The position numbers were made by a program, and so were the translations under genes. Under the pieces are notes generated by a model. It saw nothing but the letters and a program-made list of their open reading frames with translations, did no database searches and had not been told where the DNA came from. Positions 18,108 through 27,457 of a stretch of 61,083 bases of DNA are shown here, piece after piece. Within the stretch, counting starts at the first letter, position 1. Every line of letters starts with the position of its first letter. This DNA comes from a virus (taxonomy: Duplodnaviria; Caudoviricetes), in the IMG/VR virus record IMGVR_UViG_3300043640_000419, positions 1-61,083 of that record; one strand, 5' to 3'.

Positions 18108-18119
18108 GGAGAACCGATC

Positions 18120-18401
18120 ATGACCATCAAGCTCACGGCCTTCGTGGCCGACTACAGCGACCGGCCGGCCGGGACGCTGCCGGTGCAGGAGGTCGTCGCC
18201 GCTGTCTATGACAGGCACGTGGGCAGCGCCGGCCACGTGTATGGCGCCGACCTGGCGTTGATCGATGTCGACGCGCCGGCTGGCGGGGGCAGGTGGCCGC
18301 TCACTCTCAATGGTGTGCACGTCGGCGAGCTGCGCGACGATGCCGCCAACGGCCTGCTGATCCAGGCGAGCCCGGAGGAGCTGGCCCCCTATTATGACTG
18401 A
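18120..18401 (+). CDS. hypothetical protein
   Basis: GAGGAG RBS; operonic. Confidence 0.75.
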   Translation: MTIKLTAFVADYSDRPAGTLPVQEVVAAVYDRHVGSAGHVYGADLALIDVDAPAGGGRWPLTLNGVHVGELRDDAANGLLIQASPEELAPYYD

Positions 18402-18657
18402 TGCCCGGAATATCATGCAGGAGGAGCGGGACAAGACACTCGCCGAAATCGAGCGTCTGCCCCTCTCTCTCCAGTCCAGAGAGGATGTCCTCCTGATCTG
18501 CGGAGCGATCCAGATTGCGATCAACGACACGATAGAGAGGCTTGACCGCGCGGTTGACCCGAGGGTCGCGCCGCACGCCCTGCGGATCATGGCCGCCGAG
18601 ATCGAGCGGACCAGCGAGCGCTTCATCGCGGCGGGTTTGGCCACGCGCCTGCAATGA
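18394..18657 (+). CDS. hypothetical protein
   Basis: Overlaps both neighbours. Confidence 0.7.
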   Translation: MTDARNIMQEERDKTLAEIERLPLSLQSREDVLLICGAIQIAINDTIERLDRAVDPRVAPHALRIMAAEIERTSERFIAAGLATRLQ

Positions 18658-19019
18658 CGCCCGCCGACGTCCGCGCCCTTCTCTCCGCCGGCCGCCTCTC
18701 CAACAGGGAGGCGGACGAGGCGCTCGGCCTGCGCGATGAGCGATTGGTCCGCAGGCTCAAGAGCGGCGACGAGACGCCATCGGAGGAGCAGGCCGGCCGC
18801 CTGATTGCGCTCGGCGCCGAGCATCTGGCACAGCAAATGATCAGGTCCATCAACCTGGCCGCTGGCGGGCGCGTCGAAATCGCCAAGCTCCGGATCAGCG
18901 AGCGAGCGATCGACGTGGAGTCCGCCCTCAGCCCCGCCGTCGCGCGCGCCGTCCGGCTGGCAATCCTTGAGCGGCTGACGGGCGCTGGATTGACCATCGA
19001 GAGATCCGGCGATGCCTGA
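18654..19019 (+). CDS. HTH-domain protein
   Basis: MTPADVRALLSAGRLSNREADEALGLRDERLVRRLKSG, an XRE-like HTH. Confidence 0.7.
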   Translation: MTPADVRALLSAGRLSNREADEALGLRDERLVRRLKSGDETPSEEQAGRLIALGAEHLAQQMIRSINLAAGGRVEIAKLRISERAIDVESALSPAVARAVRLAILERLTGAGLTIERSGDA

Positions 19020-19245
19020 CGCTCATGCCCTCCTCTGCGAAGCCGGCGAGGCAATGTACGGCCCTCGCTGGGTGTCCGACCTGGCCCGCGCACTCGGCGA
19101 GCCAGTGCTCAATATCCAGCGCTACAAGGACCGCACCAGGTCCGTGCCGAAGACTTTGCTGCCACGCGTCGAATCGCTCATGGCACGGCAGGAGACCCGC
19201 ATCGCGAAGACCAGAACGAAGATCGCCGTGGCGCTCGGGCTCTGA
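19012..19245 (+). CDS. small HTH protein
   Basis: AGEAMYGPRWVSDLARALG. Confidence 0.7.
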   Translation: MPDAHALLCEAGEAMYGPRWVSDLARALGEPVLNIQRYKDRTRSVPKTLLPRVESLMARQETRIAKTRTKIAVALGL

Positions 19246-19246
19246 C

Positions 19247-20371
19247 GTGGACGACGCCGACCGTGTCGCCCTCGTTGGCGGCCCCTATGCCGCGCCGCAG
19301 GTCAGCCGCGGCGATCGGTTGGACGATGCCGCCCTCGGCTCGGTCATAGTCGGTGGCTACACCAATGCGCCGATCCCGTGGCCACGCCGGATGAAGGCAG
19401 GCCGGCCGAGCTTGATCCTGTGCGGCGACCTGATCAGCGCCGTCGAGGTCGAGAGCGAGATCGCAATCGCCCATTGGTGGGGCGTCGGCGTTGTCACCGT
19501 GTGGGCCTGGCGCAAGGCTCTCGGCATCGGCCGGGTCACCGAAGGGACCGAGCGCCTCTATCGAGATCTCAAAGCCGAGAAGCTGCCGGACGACTTGGCC
19601 GCACGCGGTCGGGAGCGGGCGGCCAAGCCCGACGCCAAGGCCAAGATGGCCGCAACCAAGCGCGGACGGCCCGCACCACCACAAACGCGCGCGGCCCTGC
19701 TCGCCGCGGCGAAGGCGCCGAAGTCAGAAGCGTGGCGGCAGCAACTCGCCGAGCGCAATCGCGCGCGGGCCGAAGCAGAACGGATCGACCGGCGGTCGAG
19801 GAATCTCCCAGTGAGCACCGTCACGAAGGAGAGGGCCGTCGAATTGTACCGACTTGGCGCGACTTTTCAGGAGATTGCGCGCACCCTGGATTGCGGCATG
19901 ACCTCCGTTGGGCGGTGGCTGAAGGAGTGCGGGGTTACGGCGCGCCCGGATGGCCGTCGCCCGACCGTGGAGGCGAAGGCCGGAAGTGCTGTCGCGACGA
20001 TGTTCGCCGGAGGAATTCCGATTCCGGAGATCCGAAAGCTTGCGGATGAGCCTGTTGATCGAGATGCCCGTCGGCGGGCGATCGTCAAGGATCTCCAGGA
20101 GGGGCAGCCACACCAGCGCATCGCGGACCGGCACGGAGTGACCGCCGGCACCGTCCACATGATCGCCCATCAATCAGGTCTTCTGCGGCCCCGAATGAAA
20201 GCGGACGAGGAGCGCCGCGCTCATGCGCTCGTGCTCTACCGGCGCGGCGTGGCGACAATCGAGATCGGCGACGCCGTCGGGCGAAGCACGGTGGTGGTGC
20301 GCAAGTGGGCTAGAGAAGCCGGGTTGCCGCCGCGGCCCAGAGGGAAACTCCAGCGCCGCACCGAACGCTAA
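19247..20371 (+). CDS. multi-HTH / NUMOD3-like DNA-binding protein
   Basis: AKAKMAATKRGR NUMOD3-like motif and several HTH repeats (IAHWWGVGVVTVWAWR, IARTLDCGMTSVGRW, IADRHGVTAGTV, IGDAVGRSTVVVRKW). Confidence 0.7.
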   Translation: MDDADRVALVGGPYAAPQVSRGDRLDDAALGSVIVGGYTNAPIPWPRRMKAGRPSLILCGDLISAVEVESEIAIAHWWGVGVVTVWAWRKALGIGRVTEGTERLYRDLKAEKLPDDLAARGRERAAKPDAKAKMAATKRGRPAPPQTRAALLAAAKAPKSEAWRQQLAERNRARAEAERIDRRSRNLPVSTVTKERAVELYRLGATFQEIARTLDCGMTSVGRWLKECGVTARPDGRRPTVEAKAGSAVATMFAGGIPIPEIRKLADEPVDRDARRRAIVKDLQEGQPHQRIADRHGVTAGTVHMIAHQSGLLRPRMKADEERRAHALVLYRRGVATIEIGDAVGRSTVVVRKWAREAGLPPRPRGKLQRRTER

Positions 20372-20583
20372 TTCCGCGTCGGCGTCGGCAGCATCTGCGC
20401 CCGGAGCTGCGTTAGACGCTCGAGCATTTCGTCGACCGCGGTGGCGTCGAAATCGAGATGGATGCGGAGCGGCTCGGCCAGGCCGGCAACAGGCAGGTCG
20501 GGCAGCTGCAGGCGCACCGTCTCGCGGTCCAGTAGGGTGAACATCTCAGCCGGCCCCTGGTCGACCGACATGGCATCGTTCAT
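20368..20583 (-). CDS. hypothetical protein
   Basis: Coupled to the upstream gene. Confidence 0.6.
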   Translation of the reverse strand: MNDAMSVDQGPAEMFTLLDRETVRLQLPDLPVAGLAEPLRIHLDFDATAVDEMLERLTQLRAQMLPTPTRN

Positions 20584-20870
20584 CGCTTCGTCCCCTTCGC
20601 CAGATCCCGCCCCGCCTGGTTCAAGGTCACACTGTGCGGCAGCTCGGCGGCCCGTCGCTCGGCGTGGGTATGCTGCGACTGGTCGTGCGACACCAGCCCG
20701 GCCTTGGCGCAGTCGTCCGCCAGCGCGACCGCCTCATCGTACGGCAGCCCCGTCTTCCGGGCGACGGTATGGATCGAGGTCCACCACGGCATCTGGCGGC
20801 GGCCCTCGCTATCGGCGGCCACGGCCTGACAGAACCGCCGGGCACGATCGGCGGAGAGCTTGTGCTTCAT
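20580..20870 (-). CDS. hypothetical winged-helix-like protein
   Basis: GAGGG RBS; IHTVARKTGL...AGLV...SVTLNQAGR. Confidence 0.6.
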   Translation of the reverse strand: MKHKLSADRARRFCQAVAADSEGRRQMPWWTSIHTVARKTGLPYDEAVALADDCAKAGLVSHDQSQHTHAERRAAELPHSVTLNQAGRDLAKGTKR

Positions 20871-20937
20871 TGGACCCCTCACGAACGGGGACATAATGCC
20901 GGGGGAGCCGACTGGTTGCCCGGCGCGTTGATCCGCC

Positions 20938-21135
20938 ATGCCCGCGCTCGCCCATCCCCGCCCGATCGACACCCTCGACCCGACGCAGCCCGCCCTGGTG
21001 CACGACCAGCTCAACGACCGGGTATTCGAGTGGCGGCCGGAGTGGGCGGCGACTTGGCTGACGCGCCGGCCGCACGATGACGGGGTCGTCGAGTGGGACG
21101 GGCTCTTGATCGACGGGTGGGAGCCGGTGCGCTGA
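20938..21135 (+). CDS. hypothetical protein
   Basis: Short Trp-rich ORF with coding-like bias. Confidence 0.5.
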   Translation: MPALAHPRPIDTLDPTQPALVHDQLNDRVFEWRPEWAATWLTRRPHDDGVVEWDGLLIDGWEPVR

Positions 21136-21181
21136 AACGAAAAATGACCCAGCCGGCCCACGAAAGGGGCCAGCCGGGTCA
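21136..21181 (-). terminator. likely terminator of the late/lysis transcript
   Basis: TGACCC...GGCCC-loop-GGGCC...GGGTCA hairpin followed on the minus strand by TTTTTCGTTT. Confidence 0.5.
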
Positions 21182-21258
21182 AGGTTCGGAGGAAAGCACC
21201 CTCGCGGGCACGGCCATCGCTGGCCGTATCGGGCGCCGGGCTGCCCCAGCGCCGATCT

Positions 21259-21543
21259 TCAGGAGCGGAACGACCCTTGAACGGGAGCGATCTTCGCCTC
21301 CAGGGCATCGAACTCTTCCGTGGTGACGGCGCCCGGTTGGGCCATGACGGCCTGCACCGCAGTGACGATGTTGCTGACCTCAATGCCGGCTTCGGCTGCC
21401 GGCGCCACGAGATCGAGCACCTCGTTCAGGAACGCACCGACGCCCTGATCCGACTTGCTGAGACCAGCCAGATTGAGACCGGCGGTGACCATCGGTCCGA
21501 GCACCGGGGCGAGCGCGCTGATTACGCCTAGAATTGAGAGCAT
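21259..21543 (-). CDS. hypothetical protein, lysis region
   Basis: AAGGA RBS; hydrophobic N-terminus. Confidence 0.7.
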   Translation of the reverse strand: MLSILGVISALAPVLGPMVTAGLNLAGLSKSDQGVGAFLNEVLDLVAPAAEAGIEVSNIVTAVQAVMAQPGAVTTEEFDALEAKIAPVQGSFRS

Positions 21544-21576
21544 GGATTTATCCTTCGATCGGTTGAGGGTTGGGCT

Positions 21577-22011
21577 TCAGGACTTGACCTTGTCCCTCCA
21601 GATATCGGTCTGCGCCTTGAACGACTCGACCGCCGCATTGGCCAAGGTGATGGCCGACGCAATCGCCGAGGGGTTGTTGCCGAGCGCGCGCACCGCCGTC
21701 ACGCCGGCCAGCGTCGCCTGGTCGGTCGACAGTTCGGTGGTCTTCAGCACGGCCATCTGGTCGGTCGTGATGCAGATGGTCGCCTGCGTCGCCGCCGAGC
21801 AGATCGGCACGTTCTTCTTCACCTTGTCGGCGACGGTCAGGTAAACGAAGTACGACGCGCGGGCTGCATATGCCGCCTTGGACGCCGTGGTCATGTCGAC
21901 CGTGGTCGACAGGATCGCCGCACTCGACGACGTCGAGGTCGACGGGGTCGAGCTGCATGCCGCGAGGGCAAGCGCGATCGCGGCCAGGATGGCCGTTGCA
22001 ATGGACTTCAT
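21577..22011 (-). CDS. lipoprotein, possible spanin-like lysis accessory
   Basis: Lipobox LAAC; located after the endolysin. Confidence 0.7.
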   Translation of the reverse strand: MKSIATAILAAIALALAACSSTPSTSTSSSAAILSTTVDMTTASKAAYAARASYFVYLTVADKVKKNVPICSAATQATICITTDQMAVLKTTELSTDQATLAGVTAVRALGNNPSAIASAITLANAAVESFKAQTDIWRDKVKS

Positions 22012-22146
22012 CTTTTCTCCTGGTTTGAGGGGTGGCCTAGTTCGGCCGGCGGATCACAAACTAGGCCACTGGCGGCCCGTGTGATTTCAGAGGCTTAGCG
22101 GCGAAGTGGAAGAGATCGGCGAGGATCGGCGGAAACTCTTCCACTC

Positions 22147-22464
22147 TCAGGCGCGTGCAGGCGGCTCGGGCTCTTCTGCCCCGCTGGTGTCGACACAGCG
22201 GCCGTTGCGGATGTACCCGTGCCAGCATCCGCCGCAGTTGACCGACGGCGAGAACGTCGGGCGATCACGGTTGCCGTCCCATTCCCATTGGGCGATGCCA
22301 CCGTTCTGGCCCTGCGGATCGTGCTTCAGATCCGTGCGACCTTTGATGATGAGTCCCTCGCAGCGACGGCCCTTCTTGGGGCATGTGAAGCTGAATTCCT
22401 GCTCCTTGCCGGACTCGGCCGGCTCCCACTCGAGCGTATGGAACGTGACCTTGGCGTCGCTCAT
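22147..22464 (-). CDS. DUF6527-like Cys/His protein
   Basis: WEWDGNRDRPTFSPSVNC..CWHGYIRNG. Confidence 0.75.
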   Translation of the reverse strand: MSDAKVTFHTLEWEPAESGKEQEFSFTCPKKGRRCEGLIIKGRTDLKHDPQGQNGGIAQWEWDGNRDRPTFSPSVNCGGCWHGYIRNGRCVDTSGAEEPEPPARA

Positions 22465-22470
22465 CGCTGG

Positions 22471-23166
22471 TCACGCCCAAGTCGGCGGCTTAGGCGGCGG
22501 TTTAGCGCCGCTCGTAGGCGCAGTGTCGTCCACCGGCGCCGCCGCGCTGGCCACGCTCGGGTTTGCGATCGTCGCCGCGGCCGCCACGGACATCGGGGCC
22601 TGGCTCGATACGCCGACCATGACGGCCGGCGCGAGACGGGCTTCGATTTTCTCCTGCAGGCTGGCCTTGCCGGCATCGGTCGTGACATCGACGCCCATGT
22701 TTTTCAGCGCATCGGGCACGTGGGCGATCGCGTAGTTCGCGGTGTCGGCGATGATCTTGCTCTGCACGGTCAGGCTGGTGATGTCGGCGGAGGCGACCTT
22801 CGACTGCGCCAACTGCAATCCGGCCTGCATGGCGGTCTCGATGGTCTTCTTGTCGACCTCGACGCCCCATTTCTTCTTGATGCCCGCCGCGATTACGCCC
22901 GCAAGGGCAAGGGCCACCACCGATAGCGCTGGCCAGATGACCAGCGTGAACAGCGGGCCGAAGTCGATGACGAAGGTCTGGGCATCCTCAGTCCCGGTCG
23001 CGGCGCGCGCCACCCCGGTCAGCAGCACGATCAGCGCCACGATCAACAACAGACCGACGATGCCGCTGGGGAAATAGCCGAGGTCGTAGCGCCGCGCGTA
23101 TGGCCACTGCGGCAGGCCGCCGACCAGCGCAAGGATCAGGATGACGATGAGGATCGTGAACAGCAT
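22471..23166 (-). CDS. holin-like membrane protein with a DUF3309-like N-terminus
   Basis: LVGGLPQWPY...GYFPSGIVGLLLIV, another TM segment, then a YAIAHVPDALKNMG...KIEARL holin-like tail; adjacent to the endolysin. Confidence 0.65.
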   Translation of the reverse strand: MLFTILIVILILALVGGLPQWPYARRYDLGYFPSGIVGLLLIVALIVLLTGVARAATGTEDAQTFVIDFGPLFTLVIWPALSVVALALAGVIAAGIKKKWGVEVDKKTIETAMQAGLQLAQSKVASADITSLTVQSKIIADTANYAIAHVPDALKNMGVDVTTDAGKASLQEKIEARLAPAVMVGVSSQAPMSVAAAATIANPSVASAAAPVDDTAPTSGAKPPPKPPTWA

Positions 23167-23188
23167 GGTTAGCTCCTTATTGGAATGG

Positions 23189-23977
23189 TCAGATGCCGAG
23201 GGCGCGCCGGGTCATGATTCCGGCCACGCCGTCGACCATGAGTCCCTGGTCGGCCTGGAACAGCCGGACGGCCGAATCAGTGCGCGGCCCAAAATCGCCG
23301 TCAGGTGTGATGCCGAGCGCCCGCTGCAGCGCCGCCACGTCCGGCCCCTTGTCGCCACGCCTCAGCGCGCGCGGGACCGGTGCGTGCGCACCGCTCGCCG
23401 CGCCCTGCCCGCCATAGGTCGCCACGGCCGCCTGCAGCTTCGCGGCATAGGCGCCGCCCTGCCCGCCGCCGTTGTAGCGGCGCTCGACGTCGAGCCAGGC
23501 GCCGGATGCCAGACTGGCGTGTAGCGCCGGGTCCGCCTCGATGAAGCGGACGAAGGCGTCCATCTGCCCGTCGTCGCCGTTGGCGCTCATGCTGTCGACG
23601 AAGGCCTGGACGCTCGGGTAGCCGAGGCGCTGCCATCCGAACCCCATAATCTGGAAGCCGCCGAAGCTGGTCGCTTCATTGGCACCGTCGCAGTCAAGGG
23701 CCCGGGCGCGCTCGAGCTGGTCCCATGCGCCGGCTTTCGTCGTCGCCGCCAATGCCGGATTCCATGACACGCACGACAGGTCCGGGTGATCGTCGTTGAA
23801 CCGGTAGCCGGTCTGCTTCCCGAACCAGTGGGCCTCGAACCGGACCGGCACGACCAACTGGCCATTGAGAGTCCAGAACGTCTCGCCGGAACTCTCGACG
23901 GCCGCCATGGCCATGATATTGGCGACGGGCACATTCAGACGCGCGGCCGCACGCTGGTAATCAGCGGTGTCGAACAT
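23189..23977 (-). CDS. endolysin: N-acetylmuramidase (DUF3380-like) plus PG-binding domain
   Basis: AVES, FEAHWF, SFGGFQIMGF, RYNG; LRRGDKGPDVAALQRALG...DGDFGPRT...FQ. Confidence 0.92.
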   Translation of the reverse strand: MFDTADYQRAAARLNVPVANIMAMAAVESSGETFWTLNGQLVVPVRFEAHWFGKQTGYRFNDDHPDLSCVSWNPALAATTKAGAWDQLERARALDCDGANEATSFGGFQIMGFGWQRLGYPSVQAFVDSMSANGDDGQMDAFVRFIEADPALHASLASGAWLDVERRYNGGGQGGAYAAKLQAAVATYGGQGAASGAHAPVPRALRRGDKGPDVAALQRALGITPDGDFGPRTDSAVRLFQADQGLMVDGVAGIMTRRALGI

Positions 23978-24125
23978 TTTGGCTCCAGTTGTGTTATGAA
24001 GGTCGGGCTGCGGCGGCGTGGATGGACACGCAAATGGAAAGCGATTCGGGTCAGCCGAAACCCGGGCTGGCGCGTCCATGGGGAATTCAGGCGCCCCAGC
24101 CGATATCAAGCTCGGCCCGCAGCGC

Positions 24126-24497
24126 TCACCCCAGCAGGATCACCAACCCCACCGCGATAGACACCACCGCGAAGACTGCGAGCACTCGATTGCCGAAGGC
24201 CGCCATGGTGATCGCGCGGACCGACACGAGACCGGCGACGAAGAAGGCGACCAGAGCCGCTACCAGGATCACGCCGACGCGCGGGTCATCCCAGGACACG
24301 ATTCCAAGCTTCACGGCCACCACCACTGAAAAGATCACCGACAGCGCCGACCACGCGACGGCACGGTCGAGCATGACGCGCTTGGCGAGCGACGCCGAAG
24401 GCAGCGGAAATACGACGCGGAACCACGCTACGGACGCCGCCATGACGTAGAGCGCCGCCGGCATGGCAGCCGCCGCAGCAACGATCCTGTCCATCAT
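24126..24497 (-). CDS. multi-TM membrane protein, holin candidate
   Basis: About 4 hydrophobic segments; upstream of the endolysin. Confidence 0.65.
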   Translation of the reverse strand: MMDRIVAAAAAMPAALYVMAASVAWFRVVFPLPSASLAKRVMLDRAVAWSALSVIFSVVVAVKLGIVSWDDPRVGVILVAALVAFFVAGLVSVRAITMAAFGNRVLAVFAVVSIAVGLVILLG

Positions 24498-24793
24498 CTG
24501 TCCCCGCCCCCATTGAGATCGTCGGCCATGCGAACGACCGACGAGTCGAAGCCGCACGCAAAGCCGTCGAGCGCGGCAATGATGCGCCGCCGTGCCCGCA
24601 GCGCACGCCGGAGATCGACCCGCGATTCCTTGGCTTCGCGCTTGGCGATATCGACGACCTCGTGGAGCTGCGACAGCTCGACCTCCTTGAGATGGATCTC
24701 GCGCGCGAGATCGTCCTCCATCTCCTTCGCGCGCACTCGATCGAGGAGCGCATCGCGATGCTTTTTGGCCAGACGAAAAAGCCTGCGGATCAT
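24494..24793 (-). CDS. coiled-coil hypothetical protein
   Basis: ATGA-coupled in the lysis region. Confidence 0.6.
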   Translation of the reverse strand: MIRRLFRLAKKHRDALLDRVRAKEMEDDLAREIHLKEVELSQLHEVVDIAKREAKESRVDLRRALRARRRIIAALDGFACGFDSSVVRMADDLNGGGDR

Positions 24794-25092
24794 GGTTGGC
24801 CTGCCAGTCCCTGGATCACCCTGGTGTTGGTATCGACGGAGGCGAAGGCTTGCCGCGTCACCTCGAGCTGCTTGATGTACGCGGACCGGAATTGCCGCAG
24901 CTCGGCGATCTGTTCGGCCGCCATCGCATCGACCTTGGCCAGCGCCGCCGCGCTCTTCGCCCGCTCCGACTCCAACTCGCGCTGGTGCCGGGCCTCCTGA
25001 CGGGTGAACAGCACGCCGATGCCCGTGAGAATGGCAACAACAACCGGCCCCACGATGACGGTCAGGATCGTCGTCATCACATCGGCTGGCAT
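24790..25092 (-). CDS. TM plus coiled-coil protein
   Basis: N-terminal TM, then coiled coil. Confidence 0.65.
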   Translation of the reverse strand: MPADVMTTILTVIVGPVVVAILTGIGVLFTRQEARHQRELESERAKSAAALAKVDAMAAEQIAELRQFRSAYIKQLEVTRQAFASVDTNTRVIQGLAGQP

Positions 25093-25261
25093 CGATCGCC
25101 CTCATGACTCTAGCGCCGCAGCTCGATCGCCGCGTGCCCGATGCCGCGCAGACGGTCCAACCTGCCGACCTCATCGACTGCCTGCCGCAACGTCCCGACG
25201 AACAGGACATCGGTGCCGGGACCGCGGATGGACCAGAGGCGGGAGCCGTTGGCGCGGGCGC

Positions 25262-27457
25262 TCATTCGAAGCCGCCGATGCTCGGAGCAGCCGCTCGCAG
25301 GACCGCCGAGAAATCGCGGTCGGCTCCGATGTTGATGCCGGCGGCCTTGCATGGCGAGTTGCCGGAGATAGACAGGTCGGCCGGCGCCGAGGCGAATTGC
25401 GGGTCCACGAGCAGGTCCGTCGGCGCCGGCGTGACGCCACTGTAGTCCGTGACGTTTCCGTGCAGGCAATTGGCCGCCGTCGTCCAATTGGCGGCGCCGC
25501 CCGACGCAGCTTGCAGGCCGATGTTGAAGTTCGCGAAGATATTGTTCTTCGCCACGATCGTACGCCCGGTTGCCTGGCTGATGCCGATATAGCCTGCAGC
25601 CTGCGAGAAGGAGTATGCCGTGCAGCCATCGACCGTGATGGTGGGCGTGCCGGAACTCGCCGTCGCCGTGTGCCGGAAGGCCACAGGGATGTAACTGTCG
25701 AGGCCTGCCGGCACATAGGCCAGGGAGTTCTTCACGGTATAGGAACCCGCCGCCCATGTGCTGGAGTTGTTGTACCAGAAAGGGCTATTGCCGTAGGCCA
25801 CACACCGGTCATGCACAGTGGTCGTGCCGGTCAGATGATCGAATCCGCTCTTGTCGTTCATCACGGCGGCGCAGTCGAAAAATAGCCCCGTCACGTCCTC
25901 ATGAAACGAAAAGCCATCGCCGGGGCCGCCGCTTCCGGCCGTGAGGCCAGATCCATTCCAGGCCGCGACGCAGCGGACATGCGTCGAGGTGGTGCCGTCG
26001 CCGTTGCTGTCCTGCGCCCCGTCGATGCCATCGAGCGCGTTGAAGAACGCGCGCACGCCGTCGATCACGACATCATGTGACCCGTGATTCTGAAGCCCGG
26101 TGGCATCGGCGAATGCAATGTCGAAGTCGCGATAGTGCCAGCCGTTGGCGTTCAGATTGTAGATGCCGGCCACGATGAAGCCGCCCGGTGCTTGCGGGAT
26201 CTCGATATCGCCGGCGCTCAAGGCGACACCCGCATTGACGTAGATGTGGCCGCCCGAGCTGCCCCACTTTCCAGGCGCTGGAGACGACGGCGTCGACGTG
26301 TCCTGCGTCAGCCGTACGACGTTGGTAATCTCGTAGCCGGTGACCTCGCCTGAGAACGCATAGGCGCCGCCAGGCACGTAGTGCACATGGTTGGTTGGGC
26401 CGCTGCCGTCCGTCCCAGCATGGGGCGCCGTCGCGGCTCCGCAGTCGTAGACCGTACCGGAAACGAGGCTCGGGGTTGGCGCCAACGAAAACCGCAGCTG
26501 TGCCGGCTTGGAGGTATCGCCCCACGACTTGCCGTCGAGCGTCGCGACCCTGCCGGAGGGCAGGCTGTTGTAGGGCAGGATGCGGGCGCTCAGGCGGAAG
26601 ACGTCGCCACCCTTGAGTGCGATTGTCTCGCCGCCGTGCAGCTTCCGCGCCGCCGCCGCGACGGGAGAAAGCAGCGGCGTGGCCTTGTTCCATGGCGTTT
26701 CAGAACTGTCGTCGCCGCTTGCCGACACGTACAGCGTACGGCCGCGGCGCGAGGACAGGAAATTCGTGAGATCGGCCACCTCCCTGTCCGTCAGGGTGAG
26801 GTCGTAGAGGAGCGCCGCGGCCATATATCCATCGAACGGCGACGTGCTGCCCATGCCTTGCGCGCCGAGACGCGCGAAATCGAATCCGCCGGTGCCGATG
26901 CCCGTGGTCGCCGTCCCCTTGATGCCGTCGATGTACGGCGTCACCTGGCCGCCGTTGTCCGTCTTGTAGGACAGCACCATGATCTGCAGGTTGGCGTTGA
27001 ACGCGACAGGCAGGGCGATCGTCGCCGAGACGGCCGCGCCGACCGGGCGGACCAGCAGGTCGCCGGCGCCGCTGATCGTGACGAAGGATGTATTGGACGC
27101 GCCGCGGCCGAAGATGCCGAGCGTATGGCCGACGGCGATCTTCGGCGCCATCACCACCACGGCAGTGGCCGCCGTCATGACGCCGGTGTCGGTGAAGTTG
27201 AAATACAATCCGCTGGTGCTGTCGAAGCTGACGATATCCACGTCGTTCGGCCCGAGCCCCGCGGCAAGCTGCGGCTGGTTGGCGCCCGTGGCCTGCGTCA
27301 GCGCGTCGGACATTCCCCACGCCGCATCGATGTTGGAAATAGCGCCGGCAGACGATGTGATCCCGGCGGTCAGGTCCCAGGCACGTACCAGGCCGCGCGT
27401 CACCGGTGACGTGAGGAGTTGCGGCAGTAGCGATAGCCGGCGGCTGAACAGGCTCAT
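25262..27457 (-). CDS. tailspike/receptor-binding protein (LamG-like plus right-handed beta-helix)
   Basis: FDGYMAAALLYD LamG-like end, LYVSASGDDS, N..DG repeats, DPQF...SPCKAAG...PSIGGFE. Confidence 0.8.
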   Translation of the reverse strand: MSLFSRRLSLLPQLLTSPVTRGLVRAWDLTAGITSSAGAISNIDAAWGMSDALTQATGANQPQLAAGLGPNDVDIVSFDSTSGLYFNFTDTGVMTAATAVVVMAPKIAVGHTLGIFGRGASNTSFVTISGAGDLLVRPVGAAVSATIALPVAFNANLQIMVLSYKTDNGGQVTPYIDGIKGTATTGIGTGGFDFARLGAQGMGSTSPFDGYMAAALLYDLTLTDREVADLTNFLSSRRGRTLYVSASGDDSSETPWNKATPLLSPVAAAARKLHGGETIALKGGDVFRLSARILPYNSLPSGRVATLDGKSWGDTSKPAQLRFSLAPTPSLVSGTVYDCGAATAPHAGTDGSGPTNHVHYVPGGAYAFSGEVTGYEITNVVRLTQDTSTPSSPAPGKWGSSGGHIYVNAGVALSAGDIEIPQAPGGFIVAGIYNLNANGWHYRDFDIAFADATGLQNHGSHDVVIDGVRAFFNALDGIDGAQDSNGDGTTSTHVRCVAAWNGSGLTAGSGGPGDGFSFHEDVTGLFFDCAAVMNDKSGFDHLTGTTTVHDRCVAYGNSPFWYNNSSTWAAGSYTVKNSLAYVPAGLDSYIPVAFRHTATASSGTPTITVDGCTAYSFSQAAGYIGISQATGRTIVAKNNIFANFNIGLQAASGGAANWTTAANCLHGNVTDYSGVTPAPTDLLVDPQFASAPADLSISGNSPCKAAGINIGADRDFSAVLRAAAPSIGGFE

